Source: a virus (taxonomy: Duplodnaviria > Caudoviricetes). Taken from it: a stretch of DNA of 64,000 bases. The stretch spans positions 3,177 to 67,176 of IMG/VR virus record IMGVR_UViG_3300026059_000005; one strand, written 5' to 3'. Both the position numbers and the translations under genes were made by a program. The notes under the pieces were generated by a model, which saw only the letters and a list, made by a program, of their open reading frames with translations, had not been told where the DNA came from and searched no databases. Positions within the stretch are counted from its first letter, which is position 1. Each line of letters begins with the position of its first letter. Shown here piece after piece: positions 46,356 to 54,468 of the stretch.

Positions 46356-46583
46356 TTAGGAATCCTTTGGCGGATCCTGGCACTTGGCGATGCAGTCAAG
46401 CGAACACGTTGGGTTTTTCTTGATGGCCTCGAGAATCCAGGTGTCCTCCGAATCGAGAGCGGCCTTCGCGATCGTTTGCAGGCGGTCTGCCTGGTTCTTT
46501 CGCTCCTCCGCGGCCTTCTCAATTATAGCCTGGAATTCCGGGTCGTTGTGTGTCCACTTGTACAAGCGCCGTTTGAGCTCCAT
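46356..46583 (-). CDS. Small hypothetical protein
   Basis: Likely start ATG 46583 (MELKRRLY) after a purine-rich RBS. Confidence 0.55.
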   Translation of the reverse strand: MELKRRLYKWTHNDPEFQAIIEKAAEERKNQADRLQTIAKAALDSEDTWILEAIKKNPTCSLDCIAKCQDPPKDS

Positions 46584-46590
46584 AAACACA

Positions 46591-46875
46591 CTAATCCCCC
46601 CTCTTTCTGCTGGTTTGGCGCTGTACCAGCAATTCCAACAGCGTGAGAATCTTGCTCCCACGCTCTATATCGCCCTGGTTGGCGATCACCAGGGCGTGCA
46701 TAGCTTTGTCTTTATTGAAAATCAGGCGGATGAGCCAGTAGATTACAGCGAGAAGCGCAGCGATGGCGGGTGATATTTCAAGGGCCCTCAACCAGATAGT
46801 GGGGTCAACGGCCCTTAATGGCTCCGCGGCGGTGGCAGCGGCTACGGGTGTTATCAGTTGAAGCACAAGGCCCAC
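46591..46875 (-). CDS. Single-TM holin-like protein (first late gene)
   Basis: ISPAIAALLAVIYWLIRLIF followed by a helix; RBS GGAGG. Confidence 0.55.
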   Translation of the reverse strand: MGLVLQLITPVAAATAAEPLRAVDPTIWLRALEISPAIAALLAVIYWLIRLIFNKDKAMHALVIANQGDIERGSKILTLLELLVQRQTSRKRGD

Positions 46876-46986
46876 CTCCGCTAAGAAGTGAGCGCCGGGG
46901 GTGAACCCATTGGGGGTGGGCGCACCCCACGGCGCCCTGGCAAGGGATGGTAGAGTCGGGAGAGGGCCGACCCCTGATGTAGTATA

Positions 46987-47015
46987 ACTCTACCATCAGG
47001 CAAGGTGGGAATCAA
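46987..47015 (-). promoter_or_regulatory. Candidate leftward (late) sigma70-type promoter
   Basis: TTGATT-N17-TAGAGT on the minus strand at the head of the late operon. Confidence 0.5.
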
Positions 47016-47278
47016 GTGTTTTTTATGAGCTTGAGAGATAGCCTGCCGCCCGGCCGCACCCCTTTGACCTTGAACATCCCCGGGTAAATCATCGTGCGCT
47101 TGTCAATCGTCCGCCACATAATGGCCACCGCCATGCCCTCGCGCAGCGTTCCAGGAGCCGACTTCTCGATCTTCACATCTTGAGGCGGCGGCGGATCTGC
47201 CGGCGGGGTTGGCGGGATGGTAGCTACGCCATTCGCCTCGATCTCAGCCTGTATCTCCGAATTCCTCAACGTATCCAT
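47012..47278 (-). CDS. Hypothetical protein
   Basis: Likely start ATG 47278 with RBS GAGGAG. Confidence 0.6.
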   Translation of the reverse strand: MDTLRNSEIQAEIEANGVATIPPTPPADPPPPQDVKIEKSAPGTLREGMAVAIMWRTIDKRTMIYPGMFKVKGVRPGGRLSLKLIKNT

Positions 47279-47375
47279 ATCGCTCCTCGCGTTTGATCCC
47301 AATAAGAAGGGCCGCGACCACTACACCGACGTTGGCGCCGACAAAAAGCCCTACAGCAACACCAGCCCAGAACAT
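47244..47375 (-). CDS. Small single-TM protein (43 aa, not in track)
   Basis: MFWAGVAVGLFVGANVGVVVAALLIGIKREE; RBS GGAGG. Confidence 0.6.
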   Translation of the reverse strand: MFWAGVAVGLFVGANVGVVVAALLIGIKREERYGYVEEFGDTG

Positions 47376-47393
47376 GGCGCGGCCCTCCAGTTA

Positions 47394-48131
47394 CTATTCG
47401 AGAATTGCGCTTTCGGGATACCCCATAAGATTCTCGCCCAACCACCTGGCGATGCGAGTCTTGGTCCCGCGCTCCCACTCGTCGTACTTGGTTTCGAACA
47501 ACGCCAGATTCACCCCCTTATCACCGACCTGGCGAAGCCTCAAGAAGAATTCCGACTCGTATTGCATGATCTCCGGGAACGTGCGCCGGAACTCGAGCTT
47601 CAGGAACGGCGGCAGGTCGGTCATCTCGTACTGGATCCCCTGTTTGGTGGCAACCGACTGGGCGATCCCGGAGTCCTTCATCGTGCTGAGATGCTCCACG
47701 CTGATCGAGCTGGCGAGCTTCAGCAGTAAACTGTAGTCCGAAATCTCTTTGCCGTACGGCTCAACGGCGCAGGATTTGAAGTTGACGATGAACTCCTCGG
47801 GGGTCATCCATTGGCCGAACTTGAAATCATGGGCGCCCTCGAACCTCGCGTCGACCATGTAATCGCGCCGGCGCTTCATTAGGCGGGTGAACACGCGCAC
47901 CACCTGGGAATTCTGAACGTGGATAAAAACTTGCTGATTGTCCGGGTTTATGCTCTGGGCCTCGCCGGATTTGAGGTAGTTGACCAGCCCGGTCAAGCTG
48001 TTGAGCATGATGGGCTCGATCCTGGGCTCCTCCACCAGGTTGAGCTTGCGATCGGAATAGACGTACTGGCCGATGTCGCGCACCATGGTGGGCGCCAGCT
48101 CTATGATTTTCTCGATGGCCTCTTTGATCAT
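47394..48131 (-). CDS. Conserved phage hypothetical protein
   Basis: MIKEAIEKI...SLTGLVNYL...RTFPEI.Q.ES.F..R; typically paired with the upstream 122-aa gene. Confidence 0.7.
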   Translation of the reverse strand: MIKEAIEKIIELAPTMVRDIGQYVYSDRKLNLVEEPRIEPIMLNSLTGLVNYLKSGEAQSINPDNQQVFIHVQNSQVVRVFTRLMKRRRDYMVDARFEGAHDFKFGQWMTPEEFIVNFKSCAVEPYGKEISDYSLLLKLASSISVEHLSTMKDSGIAQSVATKQGIQYEMTDLPPFLKLEFRRTFPEIMQYESEFFLRLRQVGDKGVNLALFETKYDEWERGTKTRIARWLGENLMGYPESAILE

Positions 48132-48496
48132 ACCGGTTCTCCTCTCTCTGCCGTTGCCGGCCGGATGGGGGTGACCCCCTGGTTGAATAGCTCCTGCTGC
48201 CGGGTGATGAACTCCCGGGCCTCTCCCTTGCCCTGCGCGTTGATGCCGATGGCCGCCTCGAACGCCTTCATGCGCTGTTTGCCGCGGATGATCTCGAACT
48301 CCGGGATGATGGCGACCCTGTTGCGCTCCTCGTTGGGCGTCAGGCGCAAAGTGACCTTGACCTTGCGCGTGCTCAAGTCGTAATCGAGCGCCAGGCAGTT
48401 CTTTACAACCTCCTCCAGCATACAGTTGATCCGCTCCGCCACCGTCCCGTCGAGGACGTTCTCGATCGTCAGCCCCTGATTTTTAGTGAACATCAT
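48128..48496 (-). CDS. Conserved phage hypothetical protein (so-called replication-terminator-like)
   Basis: LDGTVAERIN..LEEVVKNC.......RKVKVTLRLTPNEER pattern. Confidence 0.6.
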   Translation of the reverse strand: MMFTKNQGLTIENVLDGTVAERINCMLEEVVKNCLALDYDLSTRKVKVTLRLTPNEERNRVAIIPEFEIIRGKQRMKAFEAAIGINAQGKGEAREFITRQQELFNQGVTPIRPATAERGEPV

Positions 48497-48509
48497 TCCC
48501 CCTTTCTGG

Positions 48510-48593
48510 TTACCATCGGATGTTGGTGTAAAGTTGAAGAAAAATAGTTGAAATGGCCGACAAAATCAAAACCCACTTGATATCGCTGGGCAT
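48510..48593 (-). CDS. Possible 27-aa hydrophobic peptide
   Basis: MPSDIKWVLILSAISTIFLQLYTNIRW fills the intergenic gap; G-rich RBS-like sequence upstream. Confidence 0.3.
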   Translation of the reverse strand: MPSDIKWVLILSAISTIFLQLYTNIRW

Positions 48594-48605
48594 CCCCACC
48601 CCCTC

Positions 48606-49277
48606 TCATTCAACGTGAGTGCCAAGTGTCTTGGCCAGTTTGAGAACCCGTTGGATATCAACCCCATCCCCCGTGCGCAGCACCGGGGGCTTGTATTCGA
48701 GCACCCGCCGGGCCGCCTCCTTGTCGCCGATCAACACCACCTCCCCTTCATCGTAGAGCATGGAATCCTTTGCCCAGCTCCGGTTAAGCTCGTTGGTCTG
48801 ATGCGTCCTGCCGTAGCAGATCCCGTGATTTTCCAGACCGCCGCGTCGATAGGCGATGTAGGTGTTCACAAAATCCTTGCGCACCCACTTTTCGTTTTCG
48901 CCAAGAGCGCTCTCGCAAAAACTGACCCACCCGCCAAAGCATTGCACGACGACCGCCTGGGTTGTGGGGTTGTCAAATACGACGTTACGACGATCGCCCA
49001 CTTCGCGCGCCGCGGTCATTGCCTTGGCCGCCTCGACCTGGGCCTCATCCTCGATCGGAATCGGAACCCCCAGGACCATTTCCCGGATCTCAGCCGGCTT
49101 GGGAAACCACTTCGACCCCTTCACCAGGTTGCTGAAGGCTATCGAAACATCTTTGATGTTCAAGTCCTCGAGCGCTGCGATGTAAAGCCTGATCGCGGGC
49201 TCCGACAATTCCCGGCCGTAGACCTCGGCAGCGCCGGCCAGGATCCCCAACAGCTTCTTTTTATCGCGTTCATCCAT
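48606..49277 (-). CDS. Helicase-loader/inhibitor-like protein (DUF6475-type) following the initiator
   Basis: True start ATG 49277 (TGATG overlap). EVYGRELS..AIRLYIAAL...KWFPKPAEIRE...FDNP..QAVV..FGGW..FC. Confidence 0.7.
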   Translation of the reverse strand: MDERDKKKLLGILAGAAEVYGRELSEPAIRLYIAALEDLNIKDVSIAFSNLVKGSKWFPKPAEIREMVLGVPIPIEDEAQVEAAKAMTAAREVGDRRNVVFDNPTTQAVVVQCFGGWVSFCESALGENEKWVRKDFVNTYIAYRRGGLENHGICYGRTHQTNELNRSWAKDSMLYDEGEVVLIGDKEAARRVLEYKPPVLRTGDGVDIQRVLKLAKTLGTHVE

Positions 49278-50155
49278 CACACCTTGCCCTCCTCGATTAG
49301 TTTTTCGACTGCGCTTACGGCGCGGAGGTTCGATCTTGTCCGCGCCGGCATTTCGCTGATCCCTCCCTTCGATCTGTTTTTGTATGCCCCGTTCAAGATC
49401 TTGGAAAAATTCTCCGGCTTGAAAATCCAGGTGAAATAGACCAACCATTTTCCGGCCCGGCCCGATAGAAAATCAGACATGGCCATCTCCTTGAACAAGT
49501 CCGCCCACCATTCCAGGTTTTGGCGCTCCTGGTTTTCGCGCCAGCGCCCCACCACCGATTTCCTGGAGGCCTCCGAAAGGATCTGGACCCTCGGACTGGC
49601 TGGCAGGTGCTGGTGATAGAGCTCGATGATTTTTTCGACAGGACAGGGGGGTGTTTTGGGAATGGCCTGAGGCCCGATTTCGCCAAGAGAGTCTACGCTA
49701 GTAGACTCTCTTTCTAATTCTTTATGTGTTCTATGTGATTGTTTGTGGCCCCTTGCTGGCCCCTTGCTGGCCCCTTGCTGGCCCTTTTGCTGGCCCTTTT
49801 TGTTCTCGCTGATAACCTCGTCATCTTGGTATTCTGACCAATTTATTATACTTACGATGCTAAACTTATTCGATGATTTGATGGCCACTCTGTTGGCCGA
49901 TTTTAGGCTTTGTAAACATCTCCTCACCGATTTTTCCGAAACCATTGTTTCCTTTGAACAAATCTTGCGTCCAAAAATAAACTCACCTGGGTTTAGTGTG
50001 ACGGATTGATATCCAACCATTTGATTTATTTGCTTATGAGTTGCTTTCATCAACATCCAACACCAGATCCGCCACACTTTTGGGTTTTGCCAGACATCAC
50101 TTTTGAGCGTCCTACGCCAAAGCTTGACGTACCCCTCCTCCTTGCCCTCTTCCAT
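49277..50155 (-). CDS. Replication initiator (lambda O-like)
   Basis: True start ATG 50155. GYVKLWRR...W..P..WRIWCWMLMKA.H...GEFI.GR; C-terminal F.WIFKPENF.KILNG.Y; contains iterons. Confidence 0.85.
   Translation of the reverse strand: MEEGKEEGYVKLWRRTLKSDVWQNPKVWRIWCWMLMKATHKQINQMVGYQSVTLNPGEFIFGRKICSKETMVSEKSVRRCLQSLKSANRVAIKSSNKFSIVSIINWSEYQDDEVISENKKGQQKGQQGASKGPARGHKQSHRTHKELERESTSVDSLGEIGPQAIPKTPPCPVEKIIELYHQHLPASPRVQILSEASRKSVVGRWRENQERQNLEWWADLFKEMAMSDFLSGRAGKWLVYFTWIFKPENFSKILNGAYKNRSKGGISEMPARTRSNLRAVSAVEKLIEEGKV
49746..49800. repeat. Five tandem 11-12 bp iterons (putative ori)
   Basis: TGGCCCCTTGC x3, TGGCCCTTTTGC and TGGCCCTTTT, tandem inside the initiator gene. Confidence 0.8.
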
Positions 50156-50186
50156 AAACGTCCCATCGCCTTCTTTCCAGTTAGGG

Positions 50187-50432
50187 TTATGCCGCCCTGG
50201 CCGGGTTGGCCTTTCGGTTGGCCCGCACGATCTTGGCGCGGAGCTCGAGCACCTGGAGGAACTTGTCGGCCTGGGGAACGGTCCTTCCCTTTTCCCAGTT
50301 AGCCGCCACCTCATAGCTGATATCAAAAAATTCAGCAAACTCCGCCCGGCTCATCCCGGACATCGCCCGGGTCTGCCTGATCGTGTACCTGATTTGCTCC
50401 CGGAGATCCGGGATCTTCTTTTCGGCTTCCAT
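50187..50432 (-). CDS. Cro/C1-type (XRE) HTH regulator
   Basis: IRQTRAMSGMSRAEFAEFFDISYEVAANWEKGRTVP. Confidence 0.85.
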   Translation of the reverse strand: MEAEKKIPDLREQIRYTIRQTRAMSGMSRAEFAEFFDISYEVAANWEKGRTVPQADKFLQVLELRAKIVRANRKANPARAA

Positions 50433-50452
50433 GGTATCCCCCTTTCAGCCGT

Positions 50453-50482
50453 ACGATATACCCAAATGAATTTGATTGTCAA
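50453..50482 (-). promoter_or_regulatory. Leftward sigma70 promoter for the cro/replication operon
   Basis: TTGACA-N18-TATCGT on the minus strand. Confidence 0.6.
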
Positions 50483-50572
50483 GCCCCAACCATGGCACGC
50501 TTATCGCATATGGTTTTTGTGTACGATGGTATTTTTATATCCTGGTAGCGGTTTTTTATGTACGTTTTTCTA

Positions 50573-50601
50573 TTGACATCACATTTTAGGTGGAGTATAT
50601 T
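50573..50601 (+). promoter_or_regulatory. Rightward early sigma70 promoter
   Basis: TTGACA-N17-TATATT. Confidence 0.8.
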
Positions 50602-50635
50602 TGGGCCCTACATAACAAACCACCTCTGGCAAGGG

Positions 50636-51064
50636 ATGGCAAAAAAAATGGAAATCAAGATCAGGTACCAGTCAGTAGACCGCTTCCGCGAATCGCGCAA
50701 ATTCAAGTCCCTGGCGGGCGCACGCAGATACGCCCAGAAAATGGTCGGCAAGTTTCCGGAGATGGGATTCGCCTACGCGGTTTCCCAGGACGGGATCGGC
50801 ACGCTCCACGCTGAAGGCTGCCGGCTCGAGGATCTTTTCGGAAATGATAAGCCAAAGACCTGCCAGGTCTGCAAGGGCTCCGGCATCTTCGAAAAGCTGG
50901 TGGCGATCGAGTGCCAGGGCGAGCTGCTGGACTATGAGCCGGTCAGCGCCTTTTGTGATTGCGCGGCCGGCCAGGCAGCCAAGGAAAAGCATGAGCGCGA
51001 ATTCCAGGAAGCGGAAGCCGCCAGGATGAAGTTCAACCCCAACGATCCCAACATTCCATTCTGA
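50636..51064 (+). CDS. First early protein; C-terminal Zn ribbon
   Basis: Start ATG 50636, downstream of the promoter; CQVCKGSG...CDC. Confidence 0.7.
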   Translation: MAKKMEIKIRYQSVDRFRESRKFKSLAGARRYAQKMVGKFPEMGFAYAVSQDGIGTLHAEGCRLEDLFGNDKPKTCQVCKGSGIFEKLVAIECQGELLDYEPVSAFCDCAAGQAAKEKHEREFQEAEAARMKFNPNDPNIPF

Positions 51065-51076
51065 GAGGAGAGGACA

Positions 51077-51469
51077 ATGGCAAGGATTATCCAGCAACGC
51101 GAGTACGTCGAGGAAACCTATTACCAGCACATCTTTTCGTATCCTGATCGCTCCGGCGCCGGCTACTACGTCGACGCCATAGACGCGAATGGCAACGTGC
51201 GCCAGGCGGATGCCGACGCCCTGGGCAAGTTTTTGCTCCAGGCGGCGAACGGCGAGCTCATCTACAACGGCGTGCGGGAACTCCACCGGAGCTGGTGGGA
51301 AGACGCCGTCCTGCGCTGCGACTGCGGGCGGGACGTCGTTCTGAGCGGCTTTACAAACACCTGCGCGTGCCACGCGGATTACAACAGCGCTGGCCAGAGG
51401 CTGGCTCCGCGGTCCCAATGGGGCGAGGAAACCGGCGAACATCTTTCCGACATTCTCAACATTCGATAG
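51077..51469 (+). CDS. Early protein with C-terminal Zn ribbon
   Basis: CDCG...TNTCAC..DYN..GQRLAPRSQWGEETGE; RBS GAGGAG. Confidence 0.75.
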   Translation: MARIIQQREYVEETYYQHIFSYPDRSGAGYYVDAIDANGNVRQADADALGKFLLQAANGELIYNGVRELHRSWWEDAVLRCDCGRDVVLSGFTNTCACHADYNSAGQRLAPRSQWGEETGEHLSDILNIR

Positions 51470-51477
51470 GGGGGTGC

Positions 51478-51831
51478 ATGATGAGAAAGTGCTTTGTGGT
51501 TGAATTCGACGACAACGACCCGGCCAGAGATAGCTTTGAGCGTCTGAGCACGGCAATCCAAGACCTCAATCGCGGCTCGATGATTGTCTATCAAATCGAG
51601 CCCGGCAAGGTCGTCCCGGTCATCCAGGACGACGTCGCCAACGTCGCTTCCAAGATCAACCGAAAAGAGCTGCAGGACCGGGCCCGCCTGATCATTGCGA
51701 ACGCACGCAAGGCCCTGGGTCACGACCTGAACGGATCCCTGACCGACCTCCTCCTGGACAACATCCATGAGCTCCGGTCGGTCGCCGACGCCAGAAAGCT
51801 TATTCTGGAGATTGGCGAGGTGGCGCGATGA
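51478..51831 (+). CDS. Early hypothetical protein
   Basis: Start ATG 51478 or 51481 after a G-rich RBS. Confidence 0.65.
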   Translation: MMRKCFVVEFDDNDPARDSFERLSTAIQDLNRGSMIVYQIEPGKVVPVIQDDVANVASKINRKELQDRARLIIANARKALGHDLNGSLTDLLLDNIHELRSVADARKLILEIGEVAR

Positions 51832-52079
51832 TGAAAACCGTTGCCATTCAGGACGCGCATAGCCAGATGCACAACGCCATCACCGACCTGGCAGAGGCCA
51901 AGGCCCACCTGGGGTCCATCCGCCGCGCCGCTCTTTCCGACGGCGGACTGCGGCACATCAAGTCCCAGATGCAGAAAATCGAAAACTTGTTGATGGAGCT
52001 CCGCGATTACGCGGACACCATCGACTACGAGCTGGACGATCTGAAATACGTCCATGAGAACGGAAATGGGGGTGAATGA
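51828..52079 (+). CDS. Early coiled-coil hypothetical protein
   Basis: 83 aa, RBS GAGG, coupled. Confidence 0.65.
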   Translation: MMKTVAIQDAHSQMHNAITDLAEAKAHLGSIRRAALSDGGLRHIKSQMQKIENLLMELRDYADTIDYELDDLKYVHENGNGGE

Positions 52080-52825
52080 TGGCCGTCGAACCCAAACGCG
52101 GATGCGGTTACCGCAAGGTCGGGGGCCTCTACCTGGTGGCTGAACCCGGGAGCTGGAAATGCGATCGGCTCCCGATCGCGATGGTGGTGTGCCCTTGCTG
52201 CGGCGAGGGCATCCGCCAAACCAGGGGATGGAAGTGGATCGACCCCTTGAAGATGTTTGGCTCGCATAACCACTTCGATCCGGGATACTGCGAGTGCCCG
52301 GAATCATGCCCGGCCTGCCACCCGGCAAATTACTTTGGAACGGATCCGGAGGTCAACGCTGGGCTGTTGTGGATCGGGACGGCCTTCTACCCCACCCCCC
52401 AGGATTTTCTCGCTGAAGGGGCCCAGCTGGGGTTTAGCCGGCGGATTTCGACCCTCCCCAAGGAATTCCATGCAGGCAAGACCTGGGTCTTCCTGGGGCA
52501 TCCCAAGGCCGTAGTCAAGGCGGCCGACGGCACCGCCCTCGAGGAGCCGGCCCCCGGGATATTCGCGGCGATCAGGCCCAAGGGCGTCGAGCGCATCGTC
52601 AAGCAAAGCGAGCTCGACGTCTTCAAGAAGGTGACGCGGGTTGAGCTCCGGTGTTTCAGCGAATTCAACTACGACTCCGACTCTATTCGCAAATTGCAAA
52701 TAGAGGCGGTTGGCGAGGATGGGATGGAGATCTACCGGCAGATTCAAGGCGACATAAACCGCGGGATCCGGATCGTGCCGGTCCCGGACGACGATCCTGA
52801 TCATCAGGGAAAGGCGGGAAAATGA
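52076..52825 (+). CDS. Cys-rich conserved phage hypothetical protein
   Basis: RGCGYRK.GGLYLV, CPCCG, CECPESCPAC, LLWIG..FYPTP.DF..E...LGFSRRI. Confidence 0.75.
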   Translation: MMAVEPKRGCGYRKVGGLYLVAEPGSWKCDRLPIAMVVCPCCGEGIRQTRGWKWIDPLKMFGSHNHFDPGYCECPESCPACHPANYFGTDPEVNAGLLWIGTAFYPTPQDFLAEGAQLGFSRRISTLPKEFHAGKTWVFLGHPKAVVKAADGTALEEPAPGIFAAIRPKGVERIVKQSELDVFKKVTRVELRCFSEFNYDSDSIRKLQIEAVGEDGMEIYRQIQGDINRGIRIVPVPDDDPDHQGKAGK

Positions 52826-53175
52826 CTCTATTCAAGATCACATTTTTCTTTCTGGTGGCGGCCCTCATCATATTGGTCGTTATGCTCACCCAATGCCGGG
52901 CCGACTGCTATTATGGGTGTAGCGACGACAACCCGCCCGATGATGGCATCGCTTACTGGATGAGCCGCGACGGCGATTATATCCCGATACCGTCGCCCCC
53001 GCCGGCCGTCGTTTATGGACCCCCGGTCTACTACCGCAACGGCTACCCCATCCCGGTGGATCCGTACCCACCGGACAATTATTACCGCGGGCACCACCGC
53101 CGTGGGCTTTCGGATGATGCCATCCGGCAGCATGAACGTGCGGTTCAACAATATCACCAACGACCCAGATGGTAG
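52822..53175 (+). CDS. Exported/membrane Pro/Tyr-rich protein
   Basis: Signal-like FFFLVAALIILVVMLTQCRA followed by a PPPAVVYGPPVYY region. Confidence 0.6.
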   Translation: MTLFKITFFFLVAALIILVVMLTQCRADCYYGCSDDNPPDDGIAYWMSRDGDYIPIPSPPPAVVYGPPVYYRNGYPIPVDPYPPDNYYRGHHRRGLSDDAIRQHERAVQQYHQRPRW

Positions 53176-53187
53176 GAGGAGAGGCAA

Positions 53188-54468
53188 ATGGACGACAAGA
53201 TTCTTGAGAGCATCAAAGGCAAGGTCAGCGAGGATGAATTCAAGGCAGTCCTCGACGTCAACAACCGCAACATCGTCGCCCTGGGAACCGACCAGGTGTT
53301 CGCTCTCCGCGATAGTGACGGCGAGATCCGCGCCTTCAAACAGCGTGTGCGCTTGTCCAAGGTGGAAGGCACGCTGGTCCAGCCGGTTCCGCATGGGCCC
53401 TGGGTCGTGAGCGCCCAGGGTTACGAAGTCCTGGCGGAGGCCGCCGGCGTGTGCGTAATCTTCCCGCAAGACGTTATTGTCGACGGCAATACGGTGCGCA
53501 ATCCTTACACGCTGCGCGATACAACCAACGGACGGGTGCTCGCCGTCTATTCCCGGGCGGTGGCCTATCGGTTCTCCAGCAAGGGGCTTCCCCAGGTCTG
53601 CGACTGGACGTCGATGTTCGATCTCCCCAGCTACCGGCTGATCGACCTGTTGGGAAAGGCCAAAGACGCCCCCACCGCCTTCAGGCTGTTGCCGATCGAG
53701 ATGGGCCCGCCAGAAGACAAGACGCCAGGTGCGACCTGGGCCAAGTATCCGTTCGACGGGTCCACCACGTTGTGGATCAACACCGCCCACGTTACCGCGC
53801 TCGACTGGTACAAGGCCATCATCAACCGCGAGAAAAAGGCGGTGGATTTTTCCCAGACGTTCGCCAGGCGCAACGCCACCAAGCACCTGTTGGGGATCCA
53901 GAAGAGCCCATGCTCGCCAAAGGACGAAAACCCGGTGTGGGATCTCACGGTCCTCTGCTGGCGCCCCACCAGCGGGAACCTGGTGAAGTGGGACTATACC
54001 AAGTACGTCGACATCCGCAAAAGAATCGAGGGCGCAGCGGGCGGACAGTTCGATATGGACGGTAAGGCGGAGATTAAAAAGGGCATGGATGATGGGGTCG
54101 AGCCCGAACCGTCAGAGGTCGACCTCGAAGACGCGATCGACGTCGAGCACTCGGAGGTCGTTCCCGAAAAGCCGGTGGAAGACGTCAAGCCCGCGGAGCC
54201 CGAACCCCCCAAGGCACCCAAGCCGGCCGCCCCACCCAAGCCGGCCGCCCCACCCAAGGCTCCGGAGCCCCCCAAGCCGCCGGCGAACGGCCTGACCCGC
54301 GAGCAAGCGGCCACCGCGCGCGGTCTGGAGATGAGCAAGACCGCCTTCCCGGACGCCTACAAGAAGGCCCTGATCAAACTGGGCCTGGAGGAGCCGCTCG
54401 ACCCGGATGAAATGAAGTCGGTCGAGCAAACGATCAACCGCATTCTGGACGAGGAGAACCTGGGATGA
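53188..54468 (+). CDS. Putative recombination / ssDNA-annealing protein
   Basis: 426 aa. VSAQGYEVLAEAAGV resembles annealase N-terminal motifs; acidic/Pro linker and small C-terminal domain; position upstream of the SbcC-like ATPase. Confidence 0.45.
   Translation: MDDKILESIKGKVSEDEFKAVLDVNNRNIVALGTDQVFALRDSDGEIRAFKQRVRLSKVEGTLVQPVPHGPWVVSAQGYEVLAEAAGVCVIFPQDVIVDGNTVRNPYTLRDTTNGRVLAVYSRAVAYRFSSKGLPQVCDWTSMFDLPSYRLIDLLGKAKDAPTAFRLLPIEMGPPEDKTPGATWAKYPFDGSTTLWINTAHVTALDWYKAIINREKKAVDFSQTFARRNATKHLLGIQKSPCSPKDENPVWDLTVLCWRPTSGNLVKWDYTKYVDIRKRIEGAAGGQFDMDGKAEIKKGMDDGVEPEPSEVDLEDAIDVEHSEVVPEKPVEDVKPAEPEPPKAPKPAAPPKPAAPPKAPEPPKPPANGLTREQAATARGLEMSKTAFPDAYKKALIKLGLEEPLDPDEMKSVEQTINRILDEENLG

Noticed and set aside
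46880-47000. tRNA or other known ncRNA in the structured intergenic region
   Set aside because: No cloverleaf, T-loop (GTTCGA) or CCA end; kept only as a regulatory-structure finding.
49746-49800. Short tandem repeats as a CRISPR array
   Set aside because: The 11-12 bp units are contiguous with no spacers, and there are no cas genes; they fit iterons.
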